Sequence record: SRR16203515_1160
Reading direction: 5' to 3' (one strand)
DNA: 45,214 nucleotides
Part shown: positions 20,362 through 29,600 of the stretch, piece by piece
Layout: each line of letters begins with the position of its first letter
Numbering within the stretch: position 1 is the first letter of the stretch
The notes under the pieces: model-generated
What the model was told of the DNA's origin: nothing
What the model saw: the letters and a program-made list of their open reading frames with translations, nothing else
Databases searched by the model: none
Position numbers and translations under genes: made by a program

Positions 20362-20913
20362 ATGAGCAATACACAAAACCTGAAAGGCAAAAAGGTCGCG
20401 ATCCTCGCCACCAACGGCTTTGAGCAAAGTGAGTTGATAAAGCCAAAAGAATTGCTTATTGCACAAGGTGCCGAAGTAGAGGTGTTGTCAGTTGATGATC
20501 AAGGGGCGATCACCGCTTGGGATGAGGACAATTGGGGTGAAAAAGTAAAGGTAGATACCCAAGTAACCTCTGCCAACCCAAGCGACTACGATGCGCTGGT
20601 ATTACCGGGGGGGCAAATTAACCCTGATATTCTTCGCACTAAGGATGATGCAGTGACTTTTATTAAACAAGCACATACGGAAACTCGAATTAAGGCAATA
20701 GCGGCTATCTGTCATGGACCGTGGTTATTGGTGGAGTCAGGCTTAGCGAAAGGCAGCACGTTAACGTCATTTCCAAGCATTAAGACCGATTTGACGAACG
20801 CAGGTGCCACGTGGAAAGACCAAAAAGTGGTGCAAGATGGTAAGCTTGTTACCAGTCGAAACCCAGATGATATCCCCGCTTTCGTTGAAAAAATTAGCGA
20901 ACTTGTGGCGTAA
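20362..20913 (+). CDS. DJ-1/PfpI family (YhbO-like) protease/deglycase
   Basis: AILATNGFEQSEL, YDALVLPGG..NPD.LR, AICHGPW nucleophile motif and TSRNPDD; AGGAGAG RBS. Confidence 0.93.
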   Translation: MSNTQNLKGKKVAILATNGFEQSELIKPKELLIAQGAEVEVLSVDDQGAITAWDEDNWGEKVKVDTQVTSANPSDYDALVLPGGQINPDILRTKDDAVTFIKQAHTETRIKAIAAICHGPWLLVESGLAKGSTLTSFPSIKTDLTNAGATWKDQKVVQDGKLVTSRNPDDIPAFVEKISELVA

Positions 20914-20940
20914 TTACAGGTTTAACGAACAGGAGCTATT

Positions 20941-21636
20941 ATGTCAGAACAGCAGTCTTCAAATGCTAGAGTTATGGTAATAACAGGTGCATCAAGCGGT
21001 ATAGGTAAGGCCACAGCACAAGCGCTTGTTGCTAATGGCGATAAGGTTGCACTTATTGCGCGCAGTCAGGAAAAGCTTGAACAGTTAGTGGATGATCTTG
21101 GCGCAGAAAATGCCCTTGCAGTAACGGCAGATGTGAGTAATTTCGATGAGTTAAGCGGTGCGTTTGGCAAAATAAAACAGCACTTTCACAAGGTGGACGG
21201 TGTGTTTGCCAACGCAGGCACAGGCGCCAGTACGCCGGGCATCGAGAAAGGCGATGTGGATGAATGGGCTTCTATGTTAGGGGCCAACGTAAATGGCTTA
21301 CTTTATACTGCGAAGTTAGCCTTACCGCTATTAAAGGAAAGTAAAGGGCACTTCCTGCTGACGAGTTCGGTAGCCGGTAGAAGAGCGTTAAAGGGCTCGG
21401 TGTATGGTGCCAGTAAATGGTTTGCCTATGGTTTTGGTTTAAACCTAGCCGAAGAGATGCACGAGTGGGGCGGTAAGTGCACCACGATTTGCCCGGGCAT
21501 GGTAAATACTCCATTTTTTGATGAGCCGAAAGAGGATAAGTTAGCGCCTGAAGACGTTGCAGAGGCGGTAATATACGCATTATCAAGCAGCAAAACGGCC
21601 TGTGTACGTGAAGTTTATGTGATGCCAACCGCATAA
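20941..21636 (+). CDS. Short-chain dehydrogenase/reductase
   Basis: TGASSGIG, ANAG, YGASK and PG.V.T.F motifs; AGGAG RBS. Confidence 0.93.
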   Translation: MSEQQSSNARVMVITGASSGIGKATAQALVANGDKVALIARSQEKLEQLVDDLGAENALAVTADVSNFDELSGAFGKIKQHFHKVDGVFANAGTGASTPGIEKGDVDEWASMLGANVNGLLYTAKLALPLLKESKGHFLLTSSVAGRRALKGSVYGASKWFAYGFGLNLAEEMHEWGGKCTTICPGMVNTPFFDEPKEDKLAPEDVAEAVIYALSSSKTACVREVYVMPTA

Positions 21637-21641
21637 GGTGC

Positions 21642-21663
21642 AAAGGGGGCTGAAAATGCCCCC
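21642..21663. terminator. GC-rich hairpin between the convergent SDR and RNase R genes
   Basis: GGGGGC-tgaaaat-GCCCCC; short T-run on the minus strand. Confidence 0.55.
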
Positions 21664-21704
21664 GTCATACGCTTTTCGTATTGCGTTGCCACAGGGCAGT
21701 GCTC

Positions 21705-23960
21705 CTACGCTAACACGAAGTTCATTTTTTTGCTGCGCAAGTCTACACTTTGCAAATTCACGGTAACACTATCGCCAATGTCAAACTGATGCGCCGAATT
21801 CGCTATCTGTTGTCGGCGTGGATCAAAGTTGAATGCTTCACCGGGTAAACTGGCCAGTGTTACCATTCCCTCAGCTCCTGTGTCGTTTAGTGCCACAAAA
21901 AAGCCCGCATTATTCATACCCGATATATTGGCTGAAAACGTCTTACCAATGAGCGGTTGCATATATTTGCACATCAGCGCACGTTCAACTTCTCTGCTTA
22001 CAGTGTCAGCAAGGCGAGATTGACCTGAACAATGTGCCGATAATAGCGCAACCTCTTCTATGCCATACGGATATACAGCCTGAGCGGTGGTTGTATTAGA
22101 AAAGTTGTCTAGGTTTAAATGACGCAATACCCATTGCAGTGCTTTGGATGACTTATTACTGCGAAGTTTAGCGCGTATCGCGCGGTGAGTTAACAAATCG
22201 GGGTAACGTCGTATTGGTGAAGTAAAGTGTGCATAGGCGCTGTATGCTAAACCGAAATGACCTTGATTATCAGGTGAATATTCAGCTTGGCTTTGTGAAC
22301 GTAATAATAACGTTTGAATCACTTTGGCATCAGATCTTCCCCGTGCTTGATTTAGCAGCGTATTGAAGTGATGCGACGTCGGCTTGTCTCCACCGCCAAG
22401 TACTAACGACTTTTCCGATAAAAAGGCGCGCAAGGCAGCAAGCTTCTTCTGTTGTGGGCCCCCGTGAACCCTGAATAAACTAGGTATTTTGTTCTTTTTT
22501 AGAAACTGAGCGGTCGCCACATTCGCACACAGCATAAATTCTTCTATCATGCGATGGGCGTCATTGCGTTCTATAGGGACAACACGAGCAATTTTTTTCT
22601 GCTTATTGAGCTTAAGGGAGAGTTCTGTGGTTTCAAAATCTATGGAACCTCGCTGTTTGCGCTGTATAGCCAACACAAGATATAAGGAATGCAAATTTTT
22701 AATATCGGGTGCGATATGACAATATTTTTCTAATGACGCGTTGTTAGTTTTGTCGAGTGGCTCGGCGACAAGGGCATTTGCCTGATCATAAGTTAACCGC
22801 GCATGAGACTGAATCACACCTTCACTGAAGGTAGATTTAGTCACTATGCCTTTCACACTTATGGTCATCTCACATACCATCGCGAGGCGATCTTGATGTG
22901 GGTTGAGTGAACATAATCCATTAGAAAGGGTTTCAGGTAGCATAGGTACCACTTTATCCGGTAGATAAATAGAGGTGGCGCGTTGCTGCGCTTCAATATC
23001 TAACGCATCATTAGGTAAAACATAATGAGACACATCGGCGATGGCAACCAGTAAACGCCACTCTCCAGATGCGGTTTTTTCACAGTAGACGGCATCATCG
23101 AAGTCCTTCGCATCTGGCCCGTCTATAGTGACGAAGGGGAGGTGACGATAGTCGACACGTGACGCTTTGTCTTCTGCTGAGACTTGAGTTCCTAAGTTAG
23201 TGGCACTCTCAAGTACTGTGTCATCCCATTGTTCAGCGATCCCGTGACGATGCAGAGCCAGTCTGCTCTCTATACCGGCATCATTTTCATTACCTAAAAC
23301 GTCAATAATTTCAACTTGCGTCTCTAGTCGAAAGTTGGGGTAATGTTTTATTTGTGTATTAACATATTGACCAACTTTTGCTCCACGTAACTTGTTTTCA
23401 TCAACATGGATTGTTTGTGAAACCTTAGCGCAATCTGGCTGCAACAAGTATCGTTTGCCGTCTTGCTTTAATACGCCAACAAGATGCGTGGTATTACGCG
23501 CTAGTACTTTAATGAAATTGTTATAGGCACGTTTAGCATGTTTTGCAGGCTCAATTACCACTTGAACTAGGTCGCCGTCGAACACCTGACTTAATTGATT
23601 CTTGGGTAGGAATAAGTCTTTTTCGGTGTCGCTATAAGTGACAAAACCAAACCCATCTGGATGAATGCTGATGATGCCGCTTACAAACGAATCGGGGTCG
23701 ATTAGTTGGTAGCCTTTGCGCTGGAAAGACAGTTGTCCATCGCGTTCCATCGCCCGTAAACGTCTTCTGAGGGCTTCTTTATCCTGTGCAGAAGTTAAGG
23801 CTAATGCCGTGGCAATTTGTTCACGATTTAAATGTTTTTTTAAACTGCTAAAGAGGCTAAGAATAAATTCGCGACCGGGGATAGGGTTGTCATAGGTCTT
23901 CACGTTAGTGGATTGACGAGGTGAACGATGAGATGTGGTTATTGATACGGTTTGATTCAA
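21705..23960 (-). CDS. rnr: Ribonuclease R (RNB family) paralogue
   Basis: N-terminal HTH (ALRRRLRAMERDGQL), CSD (HPDGFGFV), catalytic TIDGPDAKDFDDA, IEEFMLCAN, HFTSPIRRYPDL..HR and C-terminal S1. TTG start; no basic C-terminal tail. Confidence 0.9.
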   Translation of the reverse strand: MNQTVSITTSHRSPRQSTNVKTYDNPIPGREFILSLFSSLKKHLNREQIATALALTSAQDKEALRRRLRAMERDGQLSFQRKGYQLIDPDSFVSGIISIHPDGFGFVTYSDTEKDLFLPKNQLSQVFDGDLVQVVIEPAKHAKRAYNNFIKVLARNTTHLVGVLKQDGKRYLLQPDCAKVSQTIHVDENKLRGAKVGQYVNTQIKHYPNFRLETQVEIIDVLGNENDAGIESRLALHRHGIAEQWDDTVLESATNLGTQVSAEDKASRVDYRHLPFVTIDGPDAKDFDDAVYCEKTASGEWRLLVAIADVSHYVLPNDALDIEAQQRATSIYLPDKVVPMLPETLSNGLCSLNPHQDRLAMVCEMTISVKGIVTKSTFSEGVIQSHARLTYDQANALVAEPLDKTNNASLEKYCHIAPDIKNLHSLYLVLAIQRKQRGSIDFETTELSLKLNKQKKIARVVPIERNDAHRMIEEFMLCANVATAQFLKKNKIPSLFRVHGGPQQKKLAALRAFLSEKSLVLGGGDKPTSHHFNTLLNQARGRSDAKVIQTLLLRSQSQAEYSPDNQGHFGLAYSAYAHFTSPIRRYPDLLTHRAIRAKLRSNKSSKALQWVLRHLNLDNFSNTTTAQAVYPYGIEEVALLSAHCSGQSRLADTVSREVERALMCKYMQPLIGKTFSANISGMNNAGFFVALNDTGAEGMVTLASLPGEAFNFDPRRQQIANSAHQFDIGDSVTVNLQSVDLRSKKMNFVLA

Positions 23961-24124
23961 ATTAATAAAGTTCTCTTTGAGCCGCCGTTTGTTTTAGTGT
24001 GTCAGAGTAACGATATAAAAATAAATATACTGGACATAAAGCAGGTAGAAAAACAGGGCGGAGTGACTCGATAGATGAGTCGGTGGTAAAAAACGAGTTG
24101 GTTGCTCGGGGGCGTTATATTGCT

Positions 24125-24166
24125 AATCAGGTTTCGCTCATAAGGGATTATGCGCGAAATCTGATT
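24125..24166. other. Long imperfect stem-loop in the csp-rnr intergenic region
   Basis: AATCAGGTTTCGCTCATAA-ggga-TTATGCGCGAAATCTGATT: 19-bp arms with 2 mismatches and no U-tract in the transcribed (minus) direction. Confidence 0.7.
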
Positions 24167-24196
24167 TGACTAGGTTGGTGCTTTGCTTACAGCCAA

Positions 24197-24406
24197 TTAG
24201 ATGCAGACAATATTTTCTGCTTGCGGGCCTTTCTGACCTTGCGTGATGGCAAATTGTACACGTTGACCTTCGGCTAACGTTTTAAATCCTTCGCTGACAA
24301 TAGCACTGAAGTGAGCAAACACATCGGGCCCGCTTTGCTGTTCAATAAAGCCAAATCCCATCGATTCGTTAAACCATTTTACGGAACCCGTAGTTATAGT
24401 AGACAT
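24197..24406 (-). CDS. Cold-shock protein (CspA family)
   Basis: G.VKWFN...[14 protein letters not shown]...[11 protein letters not shown]....G.KGPQAEN. Confidence 0.96.
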   Translation of the reverse strand: MSTITTGSVKWFNESMGFGFIEQQSGPDVFAHFSAIVSEGFKTLAEGQRVQFAITQGQKGPQAENIVCI

Positions 24407-24594
24407 AGTAGATATCCTAGAAATTATAAAGAGTCATGTGCCAGGAAAATTCGTGGCAATTAAGTGAGGAAGAAAACAAAAATTATACTGAGGATAACGC
24501 GAAGTATTACAAATAAACTATGGTAACTAGAGTACTACATATAAAGAACATCGAGGGATACACAAGATAGGTTTATTCTCAAACCTTGAAATCA

Positions 24595-24623
24595 ACAGTA
24601 CGCCGATGGTTCTATGAAGTCAA
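24595..24623 (-). promoter_or_regulatory. Putative sigma70 promoter of the csp(-rnr) transcript, giving a ~180-nt 5' UTR
   Basis: Minus strand TTGACT (24623-24618)-17 bp-TACTGT (24600-24595). Confidence 0.65.
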
Positions 24624-24852
24624 GCGTCTTCCATTATTAATGCATCCTTACTACCGTCACCTTACCCTTGATGCCACTAAAGCATTCAGCTTATCCAACC
24701 CGCGTTTTAAATTAACTAACAGAACAAGTGTGAAATAAGGAGCACAAGCAAACTTAGAAAGAAAACGTGGCTTTGAGAACTAGGTTTGTTGGAAAGGTGT
24801 TAACGTAAGCTCACGCTTGCAAGATTAAATTTTAGTCAATACAAGCACTTAG

Positions 24853-24935
24853 CGTCAGCTTTATTTACAACTAAAGGAGTGAATAATAAAAAATTAACAA
24901 AAATCAATAATTTAAAAAGTGGTTTAATAATTGCT
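24853..24935 (+). promoter_or_regulatory. Sigma54 promoter, IHF site and putative enhancer (PEP-CTERM-box-like) upstream of the PEP-CTERM gene
   Basis: TGGTTTAATAATTGCT (GG-N10-GC, 24920-24935); AATCAA-taat-TTA IHF consensus (24902-24914); CGTCAG-ctttat-TTACA (24853-24869) enhancer-like element. Confidence 0.7.
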
Positions 24936-25025
24936 TAACAGGCAGGCTTTATTTGAACCAATGGTCTGTGGTCAAGGATGCTGTAGTCATTAGTAATGTA
25001 TGTTTTTAATTCTACGAGGTTTACT

Positions 25026-25679
25026 ATGAAAATTCTGGCTGCAATCAGCTCTGCTTTACTACTTTCTTTTAATGTCTCCGCTGCGGTGGTTACCCATGAG
25101 CATGACGTTTCTGCGAACGTCAGCGAAACCATTTTTACCGATAGCGAGATACCGGAGCGTCCAGGTACTTACGCTGCGCAATTGTTGATTTCACCATCAT
25201 TTTTGCGCGATCAAGTATTTGGCTCCTCGCAAAAGCCTGTTAATGGCGCGGTTACTGTCAATTGGGGATTTTTTGGTAGCTTTTTTTCTGAGTGTGCAAT
25301 GACTAATGAATGTTATTTTGACGTAACTGGGCGTTTTGAAAATGCTGGAGTGAGCGCCGTACCGGTTTACAACTCCTATGGGATCGCGCCAACAGAGACG
25401 CCAGATCCGGATGGCATGGTGGAATTTTCATTCTCTCAAGTAGAGACTTTTAGCGCCGTCGATTTTTATGACTGGTTTGTAGAAGGTGGCCATCTCTTTA
25501 CTAGCTTCTATATGGAGTCACCATATGAGGGCGATTTTGCAGAGGTTGAACTTTCAAGTTTTATAAGCACCTCGTTTGAAGGCTCGTTTACCGAAGTTCC
25601 TGCGCCAGCGGGCCTCGCTCTCTTCTCGCTTGGTTTATTAGCATTCATACGTCGACCTCGCTCACGTCAATATAAATAA
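25026..25679 (+). CDS. PEP-CTERM (exosortase-sorted) surface protein
   Basis: Signal peptide MKILAAISSALLLSFNVSA-A (ATG 25026 after GAGG); C-terminal EVPAPAGLALFSLGLLAF-IRRPRSR (VPxP + TM + basic cluster). Confidence 0.9.
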   Translation: MKILAAISSALLLSFNVSAAVVTHEHDVSANVSETIFTDSEIPERPGTYAAQLLISPSFLRDQVFGSSQKPVNGAVTVNWGFFGSFFSECAMTNECYFDVTGRFENAGVSAVPVYNSYGIAPTETPDPDGMVEFSFSQVETFSAVDFYDWFVEGGHLFTSFYMESPYEGDFAEVELSSFISTSFEGSFTEVPAPAGLALFSLGLLAFIRRPRSRQYK

Positions 25680-25855
25680 CATTGATGACCTGACATCGGG
25701 GGCTTTATTTATAGAAAGCCCCTCAAACACTAATTTTTACCCAATCTATACTTTTCTTGTCGATTCATTGACGAATTTTCAGCCTTGATAATACTCATAG
25801 TATCAACCGGCGTGTTCACACCGATATCGCGCTGTTATGAGCGAGGCAATTTATC

Positions 25856-26485
25856 ATGAAGTTTCAGTTTCTTATCCTATCAGCACTATCCATCTCACTG
25901 CTAAGTGGTTGCGCCCATTCTCATCGGGGAGGGCACGGTAATGTGCATGTAGGTGCTAATGTGGGCGGTAGATTAGGTGCTGTGGTTGTCGGTATTGGTA
26001 TAGGTACGCTTATTACGAGTGTGCTTACTGCACCTAAATATGAACCTGGCCATACCGCGCCACGTGTACCTAAAAACGCCAAAGATATCCATTATCATGG
26101 CGTGACGTATCGTTACCACAACGGGGTGTACTATCGAAAAATGGATGGCAAGTTTCATGTGGTACGTCCACCCCTAGGCATAGCAGTGCGAATGCTTCCT
26201 CCGCGCCCCGACACTATTATTATTGACGGTGAGACCTACTATGTTGCCGAAGGAGTGTATTACTACCGCTCGGGAGATAGCTACATAGTCGTAGATGAGC
26301 CTAAAATCAAAGCGGTTAATACAAAGCGGCACTATGTCTCAGGGCAGTTCTACAATGACCTACCTAGCCAAGCCCAGCCGGTAAAAATTAATGGTATTCA
26401 GTATTTCACTTATGCCGGCACGTTTTTCTTACCTCAGCCGGTAAACGGCAAAGTGCGTTATTTGGTGGTTGAACTTAATAACTAA
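25856..26485 (+). CDS. Lipoprotein with three G-x-x-Y-x4-G-x-(Y/F)(Y/F) repeats (DUF6515-like)
   Basis: Lipobox LLSG-C; glycine-rich hydrophobic stretch; repeats HGVTYRYHNGVYY, DGETYYVAEGVYY and NGIQYFTYAGTFF. Confidence 0.75.
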   Translation: MKFQFLILSALSISLLSGCAHSHRGGHGNVHVGANVGGRLGAVVVGIGIGTLITSVLTAPKYEPGHTAPRVPKNAKDIHYHGVTYRYHNGVYYRKMDGKFHVVRPPLGIAVRMLPPRPDTIIIDGETYYVAEGVYYYRSGDSYIVVDEPKIKAVNTKRHYVSGQFYNDLPSQAQPVKINGIQYFTYAGTFFLPQPVNGKVRYLVVELNN

Positions 26486-26609
26486 TGGCGCAGTGGAGTG
26501 TGGGGGACTTTTCTTCGGTGAATATGGCGCGCACCTAAACAGTAAGATAAAAAACCTAAATCGCTATTTAGGTATATAGTAAATATACAAGCAAAATAAA
26601 AAGAATAGA

Positions 26610-29600
26610 ATGCAAAAGCCCACCATAACGAAACAAGCCCTAGTTGCTCTTGGCGCATCGGCGGGTGGGCTTGAAGCCCTCACGAGCTTTGTAAGTAAAC
26701 TTTCCCCATTGACTCCAGCTACTTATGTTGTGGTTCAGCATTTGTCTCCAGATAACGTGAGCTTGTTACACGAGCTACTAGCAAGAAAAACTAGCCTTCC
26801 TGTCCATACTGTTGAAGATAAAGTGCAACCAAGTAACGGCGCAATTTACATTACCCCGCCTAATCTCGATATTGAATATAAAGACGGGCGATTTTTACTA
26901 TCACCACCGTCAGAAAAAATCGGGCCGAAACCAAGTATAAATAGAATGTTTCATTCCATGGCGGAGGCCGATGATATTCTGCCTATTGGTGTGGTTTTAT
27001 CTGGCACCGGAACCGATGGCGCTAGTGGCATTGCCGCGATCAAATCTGCCGGCGGCGTTACCATTGTGCAAAAGCCTGGATCTGCGAAGTACAATGGAAT
27101 GCCGTTAGCCAGTATCTATACTCGCGCCATTGATCACATTATGGAGCCACAAGTGATTGCGGAAAAGCTCTCTGAAATTTTGAAAGACGGCTTTAAGCAT
27201 GGTGAAGCACACGAACAGCAGTCGGCGTTTTACCGCATCATTGGGCTGGTGCGCGCCGCAACCAATTTAGATTTAACCCATTATAAAACGGCTACCGTTG
27301 AGCGTCGTATTGAACGACAAATGTCGGTCAATCATTGTAGTACGGTAAAGGCATATGCCGATTTGTTAGCGGGTAATGAAACTAAGGTTCACGAATTCAT
27401 TCAGGATGTATTGATTCCGGTTACCGACTTTTACCGCGACAAAGACTGCTTCGCGGCACTTTTTGATATTCTTGCCAATGATATTAAGCAGCTAAAGGAA
27501 GGAACCACCTTTAGGGTTTGGGTGCCAGGATGTGCCACAGGTGAAGAGGCCTATACGTTAGCGATAATAATGGAAGAGATAGGCCGTCAATACAATATGC
27601 TTATCCGCTATCAAATTTTTGCTACTGATTTAGACTCAAAGGCGCTTGATACTGCACGTATTGGGCTATATCCGCTAGATAAAGTGAGTGCGTTGCCTAA
27701 GGAGTTGGTTTCACGCAGTTTCGATAAGGGAGAAACCCAAGTAAGGATAAAGTCGCATATTCGGGATAGAATCACTTTTTCTCGGCACAACCTAATTCAA
27801 GACCCTCCTTTTTCTCGTATTCATTTGGTTAGCTGTCGTAATTTATTGATCTACTTTAATTCGATGCTGCAAAAGCATGTTTTCGATATTTTTCATTACG
27901 CACTTTGTGATGATAGTTTATTGTTTTTAGGTAAATCAGAGTCAATTAGTGACAGCAATTTATTTCATACCATTGACGGGCAATCCCGCATATTTAGAAA
28001 AAATATGCTGGCGAAAAGCACTCGCAGCTTTCCGTTTATGCAATTTGTGGCCTCCTCCAGTGAGAAACGTCAACGTCTTGATAAAAGTCAGTCTGTTCAA
28101 AGTATCGAAACACTGACCAACCAAGCGGTGACCAAACTGTATGCGCCCAACATGCTGGTGGTCGATAGGAACGACCACATAGTTTTTGTGTCCGACGAGG
28201 TGAAAAAGTTACTGCGCTTTCAACATACCCAGCCCTCTCTCTTAGTATTTGATTTACTGCCACCTGAACTTTGTGTAGAAGCTAAGGCACACTTGCTGCG
28301 GGTAAAACGCAATTTACTACCCACAAAAAGTGCTTTTCATAAGGTTAAAACCGACAGCGGTGAAAAGAAGCTGTGTTTACAGGTATTTCCACTAGAGCCT
28401 AATAGTCTTGATCTGATCCTGATTATTTTTGAGGAGCGTACGAATGAGGTCGCGCCGATACTCACCGACGACCCCAATGACACCTCCTCGGTTGTTATCC
28501 AGCAACTACAGCATGAACTCGCCGCTACCGAAGAGTCACTGCAGACGGTTATTGAGGAGCTCGAAACTTCAAATGAAGAGTTGCAGGCTGCTAATGAAGA
28601 GTTACAGTCCACCAATGAAGAAATGCAATCGTCCAATGAAGAGCTACAAACCACCAACGAAGAACTGCAGTCAACCAATGAAGAGTTGCTTACGGTTAAC
28701 GATGAGGTGGTACAGAAAAACCAACAACTAGAACAGCTTAATGCTGAATTAGAGAATTTATATCGTTCTTCGGGCACGGTTTTTATTACTCTTAATAAAG
28801 ATCTTCACATCATTCGCGCGCACCCAAACTTAAAGCAAATAGCAGATATTGATGATTTTGCCGTGGGCAAATATTGGAAACATCTGCACTGGCAATTTGC
28901 ATCAAACCAGCTAGAAAAACTTGAAAGTTGTGTTCGGGTTACTCAAGACACAGGTATTCAAAATGGTTTCTTAGCCAGCCTCGGCAGCTTACATTTTCAA
29001 ATTGAAATCTCGCCATTTTTAATGAGCGACAACACCATATCAGGGGTGGTTATTAGTTTTACCGATATCACCGAGCAACATCAAATACGCTTGAAAGCTG
29101 AAAAGCTAAACAGTGAATTGGTCGACTTAATTAATGCCAATCCAGACGGGGTTATCGCCATCGATGAAGCAGGTATTATTATTAAGTGTAATGCGAAGGC
29201 AGCCATGATTTTCGGCTACAAGGAAAGTGAGTTACTGGGCAATAATGTGTCTATTTTGATGCCAGATGAACTGGCCAATCACCATAATAGTTACCTTGAA
29301 AATTACCTGAGAACGGGGGAGCGAAAAATAATTGGCGTGCCACGACGATTAACTGGCGTATCTAAACAAGGGCTGCAAATTCCTATAGAGTTGCACATTG
29401 CCGAATTTGCTAACCCGTCGGGAGACATGCGATTTATTGCGGTAATTCGTGACCTTACCACTATTTTACAACTTGAAAGTAAATTGATTCAGTTTGAAAA
29501 CCAAGCGGCGATCACATTAGAAAACATCCATGATGCGGTTATTCGTGTGGATAAACATTGGAATATTATTTTCGCTAACAGTGATGCTGAGGCGTGGTTC

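Noticed and set aside
28530-28760. 21-bp-period DNA repeat (AATGAAGAG...) as a tandem repeat or CRISPR-like array
   Set aside because: It is the coding sequence for the EELQSTN coiled-coil heptads of the CheBR protein; the repeats are degenerate at synonymous positions and have no spacers.
28337-28777. 146-aa Ser-rich antisense ORF, and similar shadow ORFs inside the MCP, czcA and VPS10 genes
   Set aside because: These are antisense/out-of-frame products of codon bias in long genuine genes, with no RBS or family motifs.
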